Made by a program: the position numbers and the translations under genes. DNA of 64,000 nucleotides. It comes from Ranitomeya imitator (lineage: Eukaryota). This document shows positions 24,661 through 37,311 of the stretch, in pieces (within the stretch, counting starts at the first letter, position 1; each line of letters opens with the position of its first letter). The notes below the pieces were generated by a model that ran no database searches, was not told where the DNA came from, and was given only the letters and a program-made list of their open reading frames with translations. The DNA lies in NCBI RefSeq assembly GCF_032444005.1, contig NC_091282.1:780332001-780396000 (forward strand), read 5' to 3'.

Positions 24661-25746
24661 TATTTCCCAGGAGTTTGAGCCCTAATTGCAGAAAAGTGTA
24701 AGAGAGAAGTCCATGCTGCTGTCTGGAGGGAGCGGAGTGCTATCCACTGAACAATGAGTCTGATCTCTGCAGGGGGCAGAGGCACAACCCTCACTCTCCT
24801 CCTCCTCCTGCCCAGCTCCTCTGTGCCCTCAGTCACTGCCCTCCATGCAGGGAGTCCATGCAGGATACAGGGAGTTTTCCAGCAGACAACTCACCTCACT
24901 GCATGTATGATGTATGCAACTAAGTACAGGTAGTAAATGTGCAGGCAGCATGGAGGTGGATGGGCACCAGGGGCAGTGCAGTCAGGGAGCACAGGGGGTG
25001 GAGTGGGCTGTGCATTAACCAATGGGAGGGTGAGTGCAGTTGGAAGGGGCTGGCTGGGGGTTTGAACAATGCTGGGGTCTGGTGAGCTGCACCTGTGCCC
25101 TGCATGTCTGAGGTCCAGAGTACTGAGCTGCCACAGCAATAATATTATGCCCTAGCAAATTCACCATTTCATTGCAATGCCTGGTCTAGTAGTGGCCATA
25201 GCTGAAGCTGCTTTAAATAACTCTTGTGTGATTTTAGTTGCTTGGAGGAACTTTATTATTCACCCCCTTTGAAGTCCATGGAGAAGTTGCAATGATGTGA
25301 CCAATCTGCAGCGACTTGTATCAGTGCCCATGTCCTGATGCCCTTTGTGCCTTTACAGCTGACTGGATCGGCCATATTGTGCAGGGTGAATTTACATGAA
25401 TTTTTTTTTTTTTTTTACCACAGCATAAAAACTGAAATAAAAATTCATGCAGTTTATAATGTGATTCACACAAGTGTTTTTGGCTTTTTTTTTCCCCAGG
25501 CAGAACACTTACTGTAATTTTTCCTGGAGGAGGAAAGAAAAAAAAAAGAGGAAATTCATATTGAAATCTTGTGCTGATTTGGTGCAGTTTTGACCACACA
25601 ATGTAACTTAAAGTCCAGCCAAAGGCTGTATTCTATCATACACAATTCCTGTAGAGGCACACTTTATAGATGTTGGGGGGGTCTATGCTGAGGACCCCTG
25701 TTATGAGCCAGAGAGGAGAAATGGTCACCATATATTGCCACATTTA

Positions 25747-26439
25747 GGCCGGGGTCACACTTAACGTATGGAAAAATCGGTCCGAATCTCCCTGCCGAGA
25801 GTCACACGAGTGTTCTCCGTGTGTAATGCGATGATGCGATTTCCTCACACCTATGTATCCGCATGGATTTACATTTCTCACTAATTTTCCCCATTGAAAT
25901 TTAATGGCTCAATGGGCTGAGATGAGGAAAATGTGTGCGTATTTGTCGCAAGCTAGACAAATGGTCCATGTGGTGTCCGAGTTTTTCTCGCACTCATAGG
26001 GTTCCATTGGCGCAACTCAGGCGATATACGAGTACAATCGCAGCATCTCCTTTATTTCTTTTATATAGCGCTAACATATTCCACAGCGCTTTACAGTTTG
26101 CACACATTATCATCACTGTCCCCGATGGGGCTCACAATCTAAATTTCCTATCAGTCTTTAGAATGTAGGAGGAAACTCACGCAAACACGGGGAGGACATA
26201 CAAACTCCTTGCAGATGTTGTCCTTGGTGGGATTTGAACCCAGGATGCCAGCGCTGCAAGGCTGCTGTGCTATCCACTGAGCCACCGTGCAGCATGCTGC
26301 AATTTCACTCGCACGTAGAATACGTCCTAGAAAAAATACATTGCTGTGAGCTGCCCCATAGATTAACACTGGGCCGAGTGCTATGGGATGTTCTCTCACA
26401 TAGCACTCATCCGTATTCTACGCTAGTGTGACCACGGCC
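25747..26439. mobile_element. Harbinger-like MITE with a nested SINE
   Basis: TIR ggccggggtcacact / agtgtgaccacggcc with TTA TSD. Confidence 0.75.
26047..26291 (-). mobile_element. tRNA-derived SINE with an L2-like tail, internally deleted
   Basis: A box TGGCTCAGTGG and B box GGTTCAAATCC. Tail tgtaaagcgctgtggaatatgttagcgctatataaaagaaataaa. GCAGCAT occurs on both flanks. Confidence 0.8.
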
Positions 26440-27589
26440 TTACCCTGCAGGTATTGGTCGCTTGCTATCACAGCTTCTTAAGGGGTGATCTTCATGAGAC
26501 AGCCTCTTCCAGGAATTGCTATTTAAGCAGTTTTGTTAATCTAATCAGACTTTGAGAGTCCTGTAAATGCTGACGCCTATTTGATATTCTCTCTATTTAC
26601 ATTGTATACTAATAAGCAGCACCTTCCGTGCAGAAGTGAACGTAGTACAATGAATCTGTATTCTCATCCTCCGGAGGGAGCGCTTGTCTGTTTAGCATTG
26701 TAAAGTCTCAGCGATGCAGAGAACACATACTCATAATAGAGACAGGTCGTCAGCAAAAAAAAAAATTAAGACGTGTACCCTTCATTATGTGATTTACAGA
26801 TCCCCAAAAAAGGTCTATCACTTGGATGCCGTCGACGTGTCACACGAGTACTGGCCATTTTATGATGTTTCGGTTGAGACACATGTATGGTAATTTGAGT
26901 TTGTGTAGAAAATAGACCACTCACTGACCCAATATTGGCCTACGTGCTAGTTCACACAGAGCCCAGGTCTGCATAGGCAGAAAGCAAATTCGCTAGTCTG
27001 GCCTGACAGCAGCACGTAAAGAGCATTTCTCATATGAGAAAAAAAGAATGCCAACCTGATGGTAAAAAAACAGACGGACTGAAAATGGATGAAAATCGGT
27101 GAAAAATGGTAAAATGGATGACTGAATGAGGCCTAAGGTGCATGAGAAGAGCAGCGATCAGGATCCAGGATACCCGATCACAGTGTTGGTAAATGAAGGG
27201 CGGCAGGCTGGAGACCCCTGTGAGGAGGGCTGCAGAAGTCGCTCTACACCTGTCCCTCGCGCCATAAAAGGCCTAGGATGACTGGTAACTAATTTATACA
27301 ATTAGCATCATGCCGGATTTAAACAGGGTTTTGAAAATCCATAGATTTCATCATCCTTATTACCACCCATTTATTATACATCAACAGTTCAAAAAGCATA
27401 CAGGGACAAACTAATTTTCCTATATAATAATTTTTATAGACCCATAGAGTTTAATGGGCGAGTTTGATCTGAAAACCTGATGCTGCAATTTTTTCATACG
27501 TGGACCATTAGTCTACATGTGAAGCTGTTCATCTGAACTATTCATTTGCATTGATCCAGCTGCCGTCTGTGTGTGTGGTCTATTTAGAA

Positions 27590-27828
27590 CAGAGGTGAGG
27601 AACCTTTTTTCTGCCAAGGGCCATTTGGATATTTAAGTCATCCTTCGGGGGCCGTACAAATTGTGTGCCAGCAGCATGAACACTGTGTGCCCGTGCTCAC
27701 GGAGCAACAAGAAATCAAGACACAGCTGCCGGCCCAAGTACTGTGGTCCCCAGGAATATGTCCGGGGGCCGGAGAAAAGGTTGTCACGGGCCGTAAATGG
27801 CCCTCAGGCCTGAGGTTTCCCACCCCTG
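27590..27828. mobile_element. hAT-like MITE
   Basis: TIR CAGAGGTGAGGAAC / GTTTCCCACCCCTG. 8-bp TSD ATTTAGAA / CTTTAGAA. Confidence 0.7.
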
Positions 27829-28594
27829 CTTTAGAATAAGAACCAAATATATGCTCGTCTGAAGGAGCCTTTAGGACCAGACAAGAGGAGTCAAGGTATT
27901 ACTGATCCAAGGAAACACTCCTACAAGACAGGAAGTCAGCCATCTGTGACAGAGAGGATAGTGAGGAGACAGAGGTTCATGTAGGGGTAGAGAATGGATG
28001 TTTGGGGGAGTTGCTCCTACTGTGTAAACATAGAGGACATACAAAAGGAGGGGAACTAAGATTTCTGGCTGGATGTTATCTCAGCAGCCAGACATGTACA
28101 CTGGGCATTTGTATCACTGTTGTTGAGGCAGTCTGGTTTTATACACAGAGCCACACACCTGACATTATATGTGATTATCAGGTATCTCGTCTTCTCTCCA
28201 TTTCCAGCAGCTGCATGAAGTCGCCATTCGGAGCAGGAGAATCTGGCATGGTCTTGCATCACTAGCGGTGTCCATCTGCATCCATGATTTTAATGTCCCG
28301 TTTTAGAAGAATATTCTAAAAATGAAACACATCTCAAAGAAAGAGAGCAATTGAGACACATGCATACATAGTGTTACATTACACATTTAACCAAAATGTG
28401 CACTTTTTTGTGCTCTGGACTCTGCGTGATCTTTGTGATCTTTGTGAGGACCAAGTGCACGACGGACCAAACACAGACTGCATAACAAGGATATAATGAA
28501 TGTGCACTATTCTGGGCCATTTTATGGAAAGGTTTGTTGGTAGCAATACATTGCATCCTTACGCACTTTTTTGTGTGTCCTCCCCCGACATTGA

Positions 28595-28872
28595 GGCTAT
28601 GTGCCCACGTTGCGGTTTTCTGTGCAGATTTTTCAGCTCAGTTTTTGAAAAATCCATTTCACCTGCATTTTTACACCTGCAGATTCCTATTGAGGAGCAG
28701 GTGTAAAATGCTGCAGAATCCGCACAAAGAATTGGCAAGCTGCGGAAAATAAACCCCAGCTTTTCCGCGCGTATTTTCCGCAGCATGTGCACTGCGGATT
28801 TTGTTTTCCATAGGTTTACATGGTACTGAAAACATGGATCCGCAGCCAAATCCGCAACGTGTGCACACACCC
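28595..28872. mobile_element. Harbinger-like MITE
   Basis: TIR ggctatgtgcccacgttgcgg / caacgtgtgcacacaccc with TGA TSD on both sides. Confidence 0.75.
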
Positions 28873-30219
28873 TGAATGACAATAAGTGAAACTTCCCTCT
28901 CCCATTTCTCTCCATGTACAGACATGGTTCAGTAAATCTCCACCTAAAGAATCAGACCCAACAATCAGACTTTTCCAGTTTGTGAAGTACAGAGCAATCC
29001 GTTGTATCAATACCATGGCGCCATCTAGTGACTGTATGGGGGATTCTCAATTAAACAATGCTTTCAAAACAATTATCAAACGCATGTTACAGAAACGTCA
29101 GGAGAAAAAGGGAACACTGGGTGAATCCCAAAAGTTATAAGATCTAAAAAAAAAAAATCTGATTAGTAATGCGGGAAGAGTTGGGGATTGAGTCACATCT
29201 TTATATGATTGTTGTTATAGGGATACATTGTAATAACAACTGTCTCTTCTTTGAGTCAGCGAGTCTCAGACAGCAGTCTGTATCACATTATTCAGGTCCT
29301 TAGCCTAAGATTACAAAACTAATTGTGGCAGGGCAACTTTAGGAAAGCAAATGTCACACCGATAGTTACAACTGATGCTAATATATGTGATAGCGCAGAA
29401 ATGCAGTAGTGTTGGGTCAGGAATACGTCACAATACGACCACATTCAACAGTATTAGCTGCAATGTAGTACAACAAATATGGCGTTACATCGCACGAGTA
29501 CAAGCCGCAGGCATCATTCACACGAGCATAGATGCAGTCCACGCACACCACGGTCCATTACAGAAAGCACACAATGGCGTTAGGCTGATCTAGATCCAGC
29601 AGGATGGAGGAATATTGGTTCTCCCTTTATATTTCCTATTCTCGCTAAACCCACTTTTAATTTAGATTTTGAAGTAGTTGTTTTACATAAAATGGCGTAT
29701 TTTGTGGCCTCTTTCTGGTGGCAGATCATAAATGGCAGTTGTTTGTGAACATTCTGGTTTTTTTTTCTATGCTGACTTTTCCCATGTAAAATAAAAGGCA
29801 CAATAAACTTGGAAAAGCATATAAAAATTGTGCAGTGTTTTACAACATAACACCACAATAAAGAAAAAAAAAAGTTAGACTGGATTCCTATTGTTTCATC
29901 ACACATTTGGGACTCAGTCAGGGGCGCCAATCCGTAGCCATGAAAACCGGAATTAAGACAAACTCTTGACTGAGCCAAACTCATTTCGAATGGATCCTTC
30001 AAGGGTTCTGTCCAAATCCTATTTTTCGGAGCTACAGTAATACACCCCCTTGCAGAGTCTTGACCTTGGGATCAAACATAATGTGAACATAGTTTTATGG
30101 AAGCCAAGCAAAATGCTCACTCGTTGGGAGAAATTTTGCTTTAGTGTGAAAAGAACAGCATTACTCTCAGCAGCACATCTTCTGTCATTATGCTGCCGAG
30201 AACAATGGCAGCTTATGAG

Positions 30220-30554
30220 TAGAGTTGAGTGAATTTGATCGGGTCCCTGCATATTCGGCAAGTTATAGTACTTGCCGAATAAGCTGCAGTGGGAACCTGG
30301 CTACATGGAGCACGCTGGCTCATCGGCTGTCCGGCTCCGCAACTGCATGTGTCGCGGCCGTGTCACGGTCATAGCACATGCATGGAGAGCCCAACACACA
30401 GGCTCTCCATACATGTGCTGTGACTGTCACACATGCAGCTGCGGCGCGCGGACAGCTGATCAGCTGGCGCGCTCCATGTATCCGGGTTCCCTCTGCAGCT
30501 TATTTGGCAAGCGCTAATAGCTTTCCGAATAAGCATCAAATTCGCTCAACTCTA
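30220..30554. mobile_element. hAT-like MITE
   Basis: TIR TAGAGTTGAG(T/C)GAATTTGAT. Perfect 8-bp TSD CTTATGAG. Confidence 0.88.
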
Positions 30555-30579
30555 CTTATGAGCTCTGAAACATCTATTA

Positions 30580-31561
30580 GGGCAGTCTCACACGTCCAGA
30601 TAATTCCGGTACCGGAAAAATCGGTACCGGAATTATCTGTGTCCGTGTGCCGGTGCGTTTCTGTGGCACATCAGTGTGGCACACGTGCGGCACACATGTG
30701 CCGCCCATGTGCCCACTGGGTACCACATGCACCGTGCCGGAGACAGCGCTAAAGTTTAGCACTGTCCCCTGCATCGTGCTGAAAACCCATTCATATCCTC
30801 CCTGCAGCAGCGTTTGCTGTAGAGAAGATATGAATAATAGTGTGTAAAATCCAGATCCAGGTCCCTGCCCCCCGCTGTGATTAAAATACTCATCCAGCTC
30901 CCGGCTCCCTCGCAGCGTCCTGTCCTGGCCGCACCTTGTACTGTATGAGCGGTCACGTGGGGCCGCTCATTTACAGTAATGAATATGCGGCTCCACCCCT
31001 ATGGGAGGTGGAGCCGCATATTCATGACTGTAATCGGCGGCCCCACGTGACCGCTCATACAGTACAAGGTGCGGCCAGGACAGGAAGCAGTGCCAGCGAG
31101 GGAGCCGGGTGAGTATTTTAAGAACAGCGGGCGGGCGCACAGGGGGTGGGAGGGGGTTGGGGACATGGATCTTTATTTTAAACACGAGAAACAAAAAAAA
31201 AGAGGAATATTCATATCTTCTCTACAGCAAACGCTGCTGCAGAGAAGATATGATGGGGCTTCAGCACCAGTGGGGGGGGACAGCGCTTACTGTAGCGCTG
31301 TCTCCTGCACGGCACACGGACAACGTCCGTGTGCGGTACGTGTTTTACACGGACTCATTGACTTTAATGGGTCCGTGTAATCCGTGCGCTCCCACGAACA
31401 CTGACATGTCTCCGTGTTTGGCACACGGAGACACGGTCCGCAAAAAATCAATGACATCTGCACAGATGCATTGATTTCAATGTGTCTACGTGTGTCAGTG
31501 GCTCCGGTACGTGAGGAAACTGTCACCTCATGTACCGGAGCCACTGACGTGTGAAACCGGC
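30580..31561. mobile_element. Harbinger-like non-autonomous element (~1 kb)
   Basis: Termini gggcagtctcacacgtc / gacgtgtgaaaccggc with TTA TSD. Internal inverted repeat at about 30930-31090. Confidence 0.7.
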
Positions 31562-31756
31562 TTAAAATGGTTCATTTAAACTAGCTGATCAAAGGCATTA
31601 AATGGCTGCCAAATAGTTACAGTATTGGTAAAAATAGCAGTTTTGGTATAAATTATATCACCACGTGTCACACAATTTACCAGTTGGTGCAGTAGATTCT
31701 AAAACCCCCCCACCAGACTCCACATTTATGATCTGCAGGTTTCTGGCTGTGTATTA

Positions 31757-32532
31757 GGCCTCTTTCCCATTTGCGAGAAACACGTCCGTGTCTCGCATGT
31801 GAAAACCAAGCTCTGGCGCCGGAAATTCAGAGTGGAGCGTGCAGCCGCATAGCAACACATGCAGCTGCACGCTCCGCTCCCAAGTGCCGGCACCAGAGCT
31901 TGGTTTTCACATGCGAGGCACGGACGTGTTTCTCGCAAATGGAAAAGAGCCCATAGGGTATGTGTCCACGTTCAGGATTGCATCAGGATTTGGTCAGGAT
32001 TTTTCATCAGTATTTGTAAGCCAAAACCAGGAATGGGTGATAAATGCAAAAGTGGAGCATATGTTTATATTATACTTTTCCTCTAATTGTTCCACTCCTG
32101 GTTTTGGCTTACAAATACTGATGAAAAATCCTGACCAAATCCTGATGCAATCCTGAACGTGGACACATACCCTTAGGCTATGTTCACACTTTGCGGATTC
32201 CACTGCGGATTTTTCCGCAGCAGAATTCCAAAATCCGCAGTGAAAACCCGTTGCGGTTTTTACTGCGGATTTATCGCGGTTTTTACTGCGTTTTCTTCTG
32301 CGGATTTTCATCTGTAGTTTTCTATTGGAGCAGGTGAAAATCCGCAGAAGTGACATGCTGCGGAATGTAATCCGCAGCGTTTCCGCGCGGATTTTTCTGC
32401 AGCATGTGCACAGCGTTTTTTGTTTCCCATAGGTTTACATTGTAATGTAAACTCATGGGAAACTGCTGCGGATCCGCAGCGGTCAAATCCGCTGCGGATC
32501 CGCAGCAAAATCCGCAAAGTGTGAACATAGCC
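31757..32532. mobile_element. Three abutting Harbinger-like MITEs (31757-31952, 31956-32172, 32176-32532)
   Basis: Each has its own TIR pair. They are separated only by 3-nt ATA and TTA junctions. Confidence 0.8.
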
Positions 32533-32685
32533 TTAGAATAATGAATTGAAGGGGAAAGTGTTCAGAATAATAGCAGTGAGATCAATTAGTGCGGTCAATC
32601 ATTCTGTGAGGAACCAGGTGTGAATCAGGTGGCCCTTATATAAGGGTGAAGCCAGGACATGATGTACATGCATTTCACCTTGAAA

Positions 32686-32876
32686 GGCCGGAGTCACGCT
32701 ACAGTGAGATACGGCCGATTCTCGCAGGTTAAAACCAACCTCTGGCAGCGGCACTCCGGAGCGGAGCATGTGGCTGCATAGCAATACATGGAGCCGCACG
32801 CTCCGCAGTGCCGGTGCCAGAGATTGGTTTTAACCTGCGAGACTCGGCTGTATCTCGCGCATGTGTGATCCCGGCC
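32686..32876. mobile_element. Small Harbinger-like MITE
   Basis: TIR ggccggagtcac / gtgatcccggcc with AAA flanks. Confidence 0.7.
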
Positions 32877-32949
32877 AAAGCCTGAGAAATATGGGTCATT
32901 CCAGACATTGTACAGAAGAGCAGCGTACTTTGATTAAAAAGTTGATCGG

Positions 32950-35900
32950 GCGTTTTTCCCATCAGCTTCAACCTTCCCCCTTCTCCCCGAGGGCACACGG
33001 CTTCTTACCATGTCCTGCCTACCTTGAGGGACCTGCTCGCTGGGACAGGACCCGAGAGATCCAGAAGCAAATATTTCCGATAATCAAGATGCCCAGAGCT
33101 GGAGTGGGATGAGTACCGCATCCACACAAATTACACCAATACATACACAACCACATACATTCATTTCTTGGAACGTGGCGGGATTGAACTCCCCGGTGAA
33201 GCGCAAACGCGTTTTAACCCATTTGAATAGATTTAAACCCGATGTTGTTTTCCTTCAGGAAACCCATTGGAAACAGGGAGAAGGTAATTCTCTACGAGCT
33301 TCTTGGATTCAAGGGTGCTACACGGCCACACATACCACCAAATCGAGGGGCGTGGCCATTTTGCTGGGGACTTCGTTATCTTACACGTTGCTAGAGGAAT
33401 ACTCTGACGCAGAGGGAAGATTTCTATATCTCCTACTCCAGATTGGAGACACTGTTTACACACTGCTTAATATCTACGCTCCAAACAGCCCTAACAGCAC
33501 TTTTTTCTCTAATCTATATCAATTTTTATTATCTAAACGTATAGACAACCTTATTCTGGGTGGAGATTTCAATGCCGCTCTTTCCCCACATCTGGACAGG
33601 TCATCCAACTCGCCTCATGACAATCAGACTGCCCAAATTATTGTAAAAATAATGCAGCACATTGGTTTGTGCGATCCTTGGCGCGTGCTCCACACCACGG
33701 AGAAAGACTATACATTCTATTCACGGGTGCATGATGTGCATTCAAGAATAGATTATTTTCTACTTACTGATACCCTGTTTGAAAAGGTGGAAAATACAAC
33801 AATAGAAACCATCGAGGTGTCGGATCATGCGCCAATTACATTACGGCTCTTTCTGAACCCACCAAGATATCCCTTGAGGCATTGGAGATTTCCATCATAT
33901 TTGTTTAATTCAGAGGATTTTAGGGGATTTCTTCAGACACACTGGAACAACTTCCTAGATGATAACATGTCATCTTCCTCAGACACGTCCCTATTGTGGC
34001 GCACCTCTAAGGCAGTGATGAGAGGCCATATTACTTCCTACCTGATACATCAAAAGAGGGAAAAAAGGGCAAAATACCAACTTTTACACATGGACCTATT
34101 GACTGCTCACCAAGCCTATCTGATTGATCCCACAGACACACTTAAAAAACAAAATTATCTAGAAGCCAAACGACTCATCGATACTTTCACTATTGCCCAG
34201 GCTACAAGAAGTATAGATTTCACAAAGAACCATTATTATAGGTGGGGCGGAAGGACTGGCAGCTTATTGGCACGTCTAACTAAGCCGTTCCACTCTAGAC
34301 GCACAATTGTACAGGTGAGACACCCAGAGAACCATCAAGTGGTCACATCAGAAAGGGACAAACAACAGGCCTTCCTAAAATATTACACTGAACTATACAG
34401 AGAACGACCATATAGCTCACAGGACACGTGGGATCTTATATCCTCGACCGCACTTCCAAAAATAACGAGAGACCAAAGGGAGCAGTTGTCAGCTCCAATA
34501 ACTACTGAGGAGGTGCGGTCGACGATTGAGTCCCTACACAATAACAAATCACCAGGACCTGATGGTCTAACTGCTGAGTATTACAAGATGCTGCAGCCAA
34601 ATATCATCCCCACGATGGTGGACTTACTTAATACCATATACACACAGGGGGAACAAGTGGAAGGCTTTCATGAAGCCCACACAATTCTTCTACCCAAACC
34701 AAATAAAGACCCTCTTGAGGTAGGCTCATATCGTCCGATATCCCTACTAAATGTAGACTATAAAATACTCACTAAAATCCTGGCGGATCGCTTGCAAGAG
34801 TTTCTGCCAGATTTACTCATACCTTCACAACTGGGTTTTACAAGAGGCCGTCACTCTGCTCTGGGGGTTAGGACGGCTGTAGCCGCAACAGTTCTTGCTA
34901 AACAACAAAATTGTCCTCCCACACTGCTACTCAGCCTTGATGCTGAGAAGGCATTTGACTCAATATCATGGAGCTTTCTGAACACGGTTTTAAGGTACAG
35001 AGGCTTTGGCGACATCTTTCTTAGACTTTTATACATCATACAACATAACGCAACCACTAAATTATCCATAAATAATTTATTATCTCCTCCAATCACTTTG
35101 GAAAGGGGAGCAAGACAGGGATGCCCAATCTCACCGATACTTTTTAATTTGGCATTAGACCCACTATTAAGGTACCTGCAGGAGTGGCCAGGCCTTCAGG
35201 GATTACAATTTGGGAACACAGAAATTAAAATGATGGCTTTCGCAGATGATATTTTAATCTTTATGTCAAGACCTCGGGTCAATCTGGGCCCTTTGCTTTC
35301 AATAGTAGAGCAAAAGGGAGCACTAGTGGGTTTCTCAATAAATGTGACAAAATCTGAAGCTTTGATGCTCTCGGGACCCGCAAAACCTACGTGGGCTCAA
35401 AAGTACCCTATTCAGTGGAAAACCCAATCTATTACATATCTAGGTGTTCAAATTACTAGATCTCCAGTAGAACTACAGCGGACCAACCTGCAGGCATTTA
35501 TCAGGTCATTGCAAGATGACTTGAATGCATGGAGCAGGTTCACCCTATCTTTTATAGGTCGGGCAAACCTAATAAAAATGATCTCTTTCCCGCGGTTGTT
35601 ATACCTGTTTAATGTCCTGCCGTTCTATTTAAGACCTGTAGATGAACGCAACATCAATAGACTATTCCGCAATTTCATATGGCAGGGAAGGAGACCTAGA
35701 ATTGGACTGTACATCCTCCAGCAGCCTAAGACTAATGGGGGAATCAATTTCCCAGATGTTAAATTATATAATCTGGCAGCCAATATGCGGATCCTTAGGG
35801 ACTGGCTGAACGGTACATCCACGTATTCATCCACTACCGTAGAATCATCTCTGATAGGTAATGGGTCCCTGGTAAGCTTATTACATTCCCCTTATCCCTC

Positions 35901-37311
35901 ATTATCATCAGACCACGAAAATAACCCCTTATTCATGTCAATGTGGAGGACGTGGGTGGTGGTGCGTAGGAGGCTACACTTGTCCAGTGGTGTTTCGCTT
36001 GCACAATCATTTTCCAATAATCCTAGTTTTCAGGATGGAAAGGCACACCCCATCTTCTCTAGATGGCAGAGAGGGGGTTTACAGTCCATTAGGGACATAG
36101 TTGACACACAGACAAGAACCGTCATTTCATTTGCTCAGGCATGCACTTTGTTCGACTATATACGCGCACACCCTTTTCACTACATGCAGCTGCAAAGCTA
36201 CGCACATAGTGTCATACATGCTTTCAACGACAATGACTGGCAGGACGAGTTACTGAGCAAGTTAAATACATGCACTCAGAACAAGGGTCTGGTCTCGGGG
36301 TACTATACATTCCTTCGTCCTCTGATGCAGTATGATGCCGTAGGGGTGGGAATTACAAAATGGCAGGTGGATGATGTCTCCTTTACACCATCTTTTATCT
36401 TGCGGGCATTACAGAAAGCACTCAAATATATACCTTCTGTCTCTTATTGGGAAATGGCGTTACAGATCCTGCACAAAACCTATGTTTCACCAAAACGTAG
36501 TTATCTGATGGGGAATCTGGCGAGCCCGGCCTGTTCTAGATGTGGGGAATTTGAAGCGGACCACTATCACTGCTTTTGGGCTTGTCCACAAATTAAATTG
36601 TTCTGGCAGCGTATACATACCTTCGTGTTGACGCACACCTCATATAACATCACACTTACTTCAGCCTGGGCTCTCTTTGGTCATATTACAGATAGTGATG
36701 TCCATATACCATATCATGGTAAAAAATTCCTTTTTATTATCTCAGCTGCAGCTCGTAAAACAGTTCTGCAAAACTGGTTGGCGCCTAAAGTGCCCACATT
36801 GCGACTTTTCCTAGAGAAACTTGCTTTTTTGTTTAGAATGGACTGGATAGAGGCTTCCCTCCAGAAAGAGAGAAGGACTCAGACATTCTTTGACACATGG
36901 GAACCATTTATAGCGATTCTTCCGGCTCACACTAAGCAAGGAATCAGAGATTGTTTTAAGATGACTACTTGGTTCTTGGAACAAACAATAGCAGGTCGTC
37001 CGCCTCTGTGAGGATGATTCGCGGATTGAGACATATAAACCTGAGGATGTAGGAGTGGAAGCCGTGTGCTCTTCCCCCTTCCCCCTTCCTTCATTTCCCT
37101 CATGTGTTCTTCTCCCCCTCCTCCCCCCTTTTTTTTTTTTTTTTTTATTTCTTTGTTATGTTTAGGCAAATTATTTTATTTACTTACTGATTGATACAAG
37201 AATGTGCAAATTGTATTCCCCTTTTTTTTTTTTTTTTTTTTTTGTGTGTGTTTTATCTAAATTTTATATCTGTATTGTCAAAAAAGTTTAATAAAAGCAT
37301 TATTGGAAAAA
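32950..37311 (+). mobile_element. 5'-truncated L1-clade LINE insertion
   Basis: TSD AAAAAGTTGATCGG at 32936-32949 and 37312-37325. Target is TT/AAAAA. AATAAA at about 37290 plus a short poly(A). T-rich 3' UTR. Confidence 0.93.
33109..37011 (+). CDS. L1-clade ORF2 protein (APE endonuclease + reverse transcriptase + C-terminal Cys/His region), uninterrupted 1300 aa
   Basis: APE motifs SWNVAGL, FLQETH, NIYAPN, GGDFNA, RIDYF and SDHAPI. RT motifs KSPGPDG, YRPISLLN, SLDAEKAFD, RQGCPISP, FADD and YLGV. C-terminal CSRC...HCFWAC. Confidence 0.96.
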   Translation: MSTASTQITPIHTQPHTFISWNVAGLNSPVKRKRVLTHLNRFKPDVVFLQETHWKQGEGNSLRASWIQGCYTATHTTKSRGVAILLGTSLSYTLLEEYSDAEGRFLYLLLQIGDTVYTLLNIYAPNSPNSTFFSNLYQFLLSKRIDNLILGGDFNAALSPHLDRSSNSPHDNQTAQIIVKIMQHIGLCDPWRVLHTTEKDYTFYSRVHDVHSRIDYFLLTDTLFEKVENTTIETIEVSDHAPITLRLFLNPPRYPLRHWRFPSYLFNSEDFRGFLQTHWNNFLDDNMSSSSDTSLLWRTSKAVMRGHITSYLIHQKREKRAKYQLLHMDLLTAHQAYLIDPTDTLKKQNYLEAKRLIDTFTIAQATRSIDFTKNHYYRWGGRTGSLLARLTKPFHSRRTIVQVRHPENHQVVTSERDKQQAFLKYYTELYRERPYSSQDTWDLISSTALPKITRDQREQLSAPITTEEVRSTIESLHNNKSPGPDGLTAEYYKMLQPNIIPTMVDLLNTIYTQGEQVEGFHEAHTILLPKPNKDPLEVGSYRPISLLNVDYKILTKILADRLQEFLPDLLIPSQLGFTRGRHSALGVRTAVAATVLAKQQNCPPTLLLSLDAEKAFDSISWSFLNTVLRYRGFGDIFLRLLYIIQHNATTKLSINNLLSPPITLERGARQGCPISPILFNLALDPLLRYLQEWPGLQGLQFGNTEIKMMAFADDILIFMSRPRVNLGPLLSIVEQKGALVGFSINVTKSEALMLSGPAKPTWAQKYPIQWKTQSITYLGVQITRSPVELQRTNLQAFIRSLQDDLNAWSRFTLSFIGRANLIKMISFPRLLYLFNVLPFYLRPVDERNINRLFRNFIWQGRRPRIGLYILQQPKTNGGINFPDVKLYNLAANMRILRDWLNGTSTYSSTTVESSLIGNGSLVSLLHSPYPSLSSDHENNPLFMSMWRTWVVVRRRLHLSSGVSLAQSFSNNPSFQDGKAHPIFSRWQRGGLQSIRDIVDTQTRTVISFAQACTLFDYIRAHPFHYMQLQSYAHSVIHAFNDNDWQDELLSKLNTCTQNKGLVSGYYTFLRPLMQYDAVGVGITKWQVDDVSFTPSFILRALQKALKYIPSVSYWEMALQILHKTYVSPKRSYLMGNLASPACSRCGEFEADHYHCFWACPQIKLFWQRIHTFVLTHTSYNITLTSAWALFGHITDSDVHIPYHGKKFLFIISAAARKTVLQNWLAPKVPTLRLFLEKLAFLFRMDWIEASLQKERRTQTFFDTWEPFIAILPAHTKQGIRDCFKMTTWFLEQTIAGRPPL

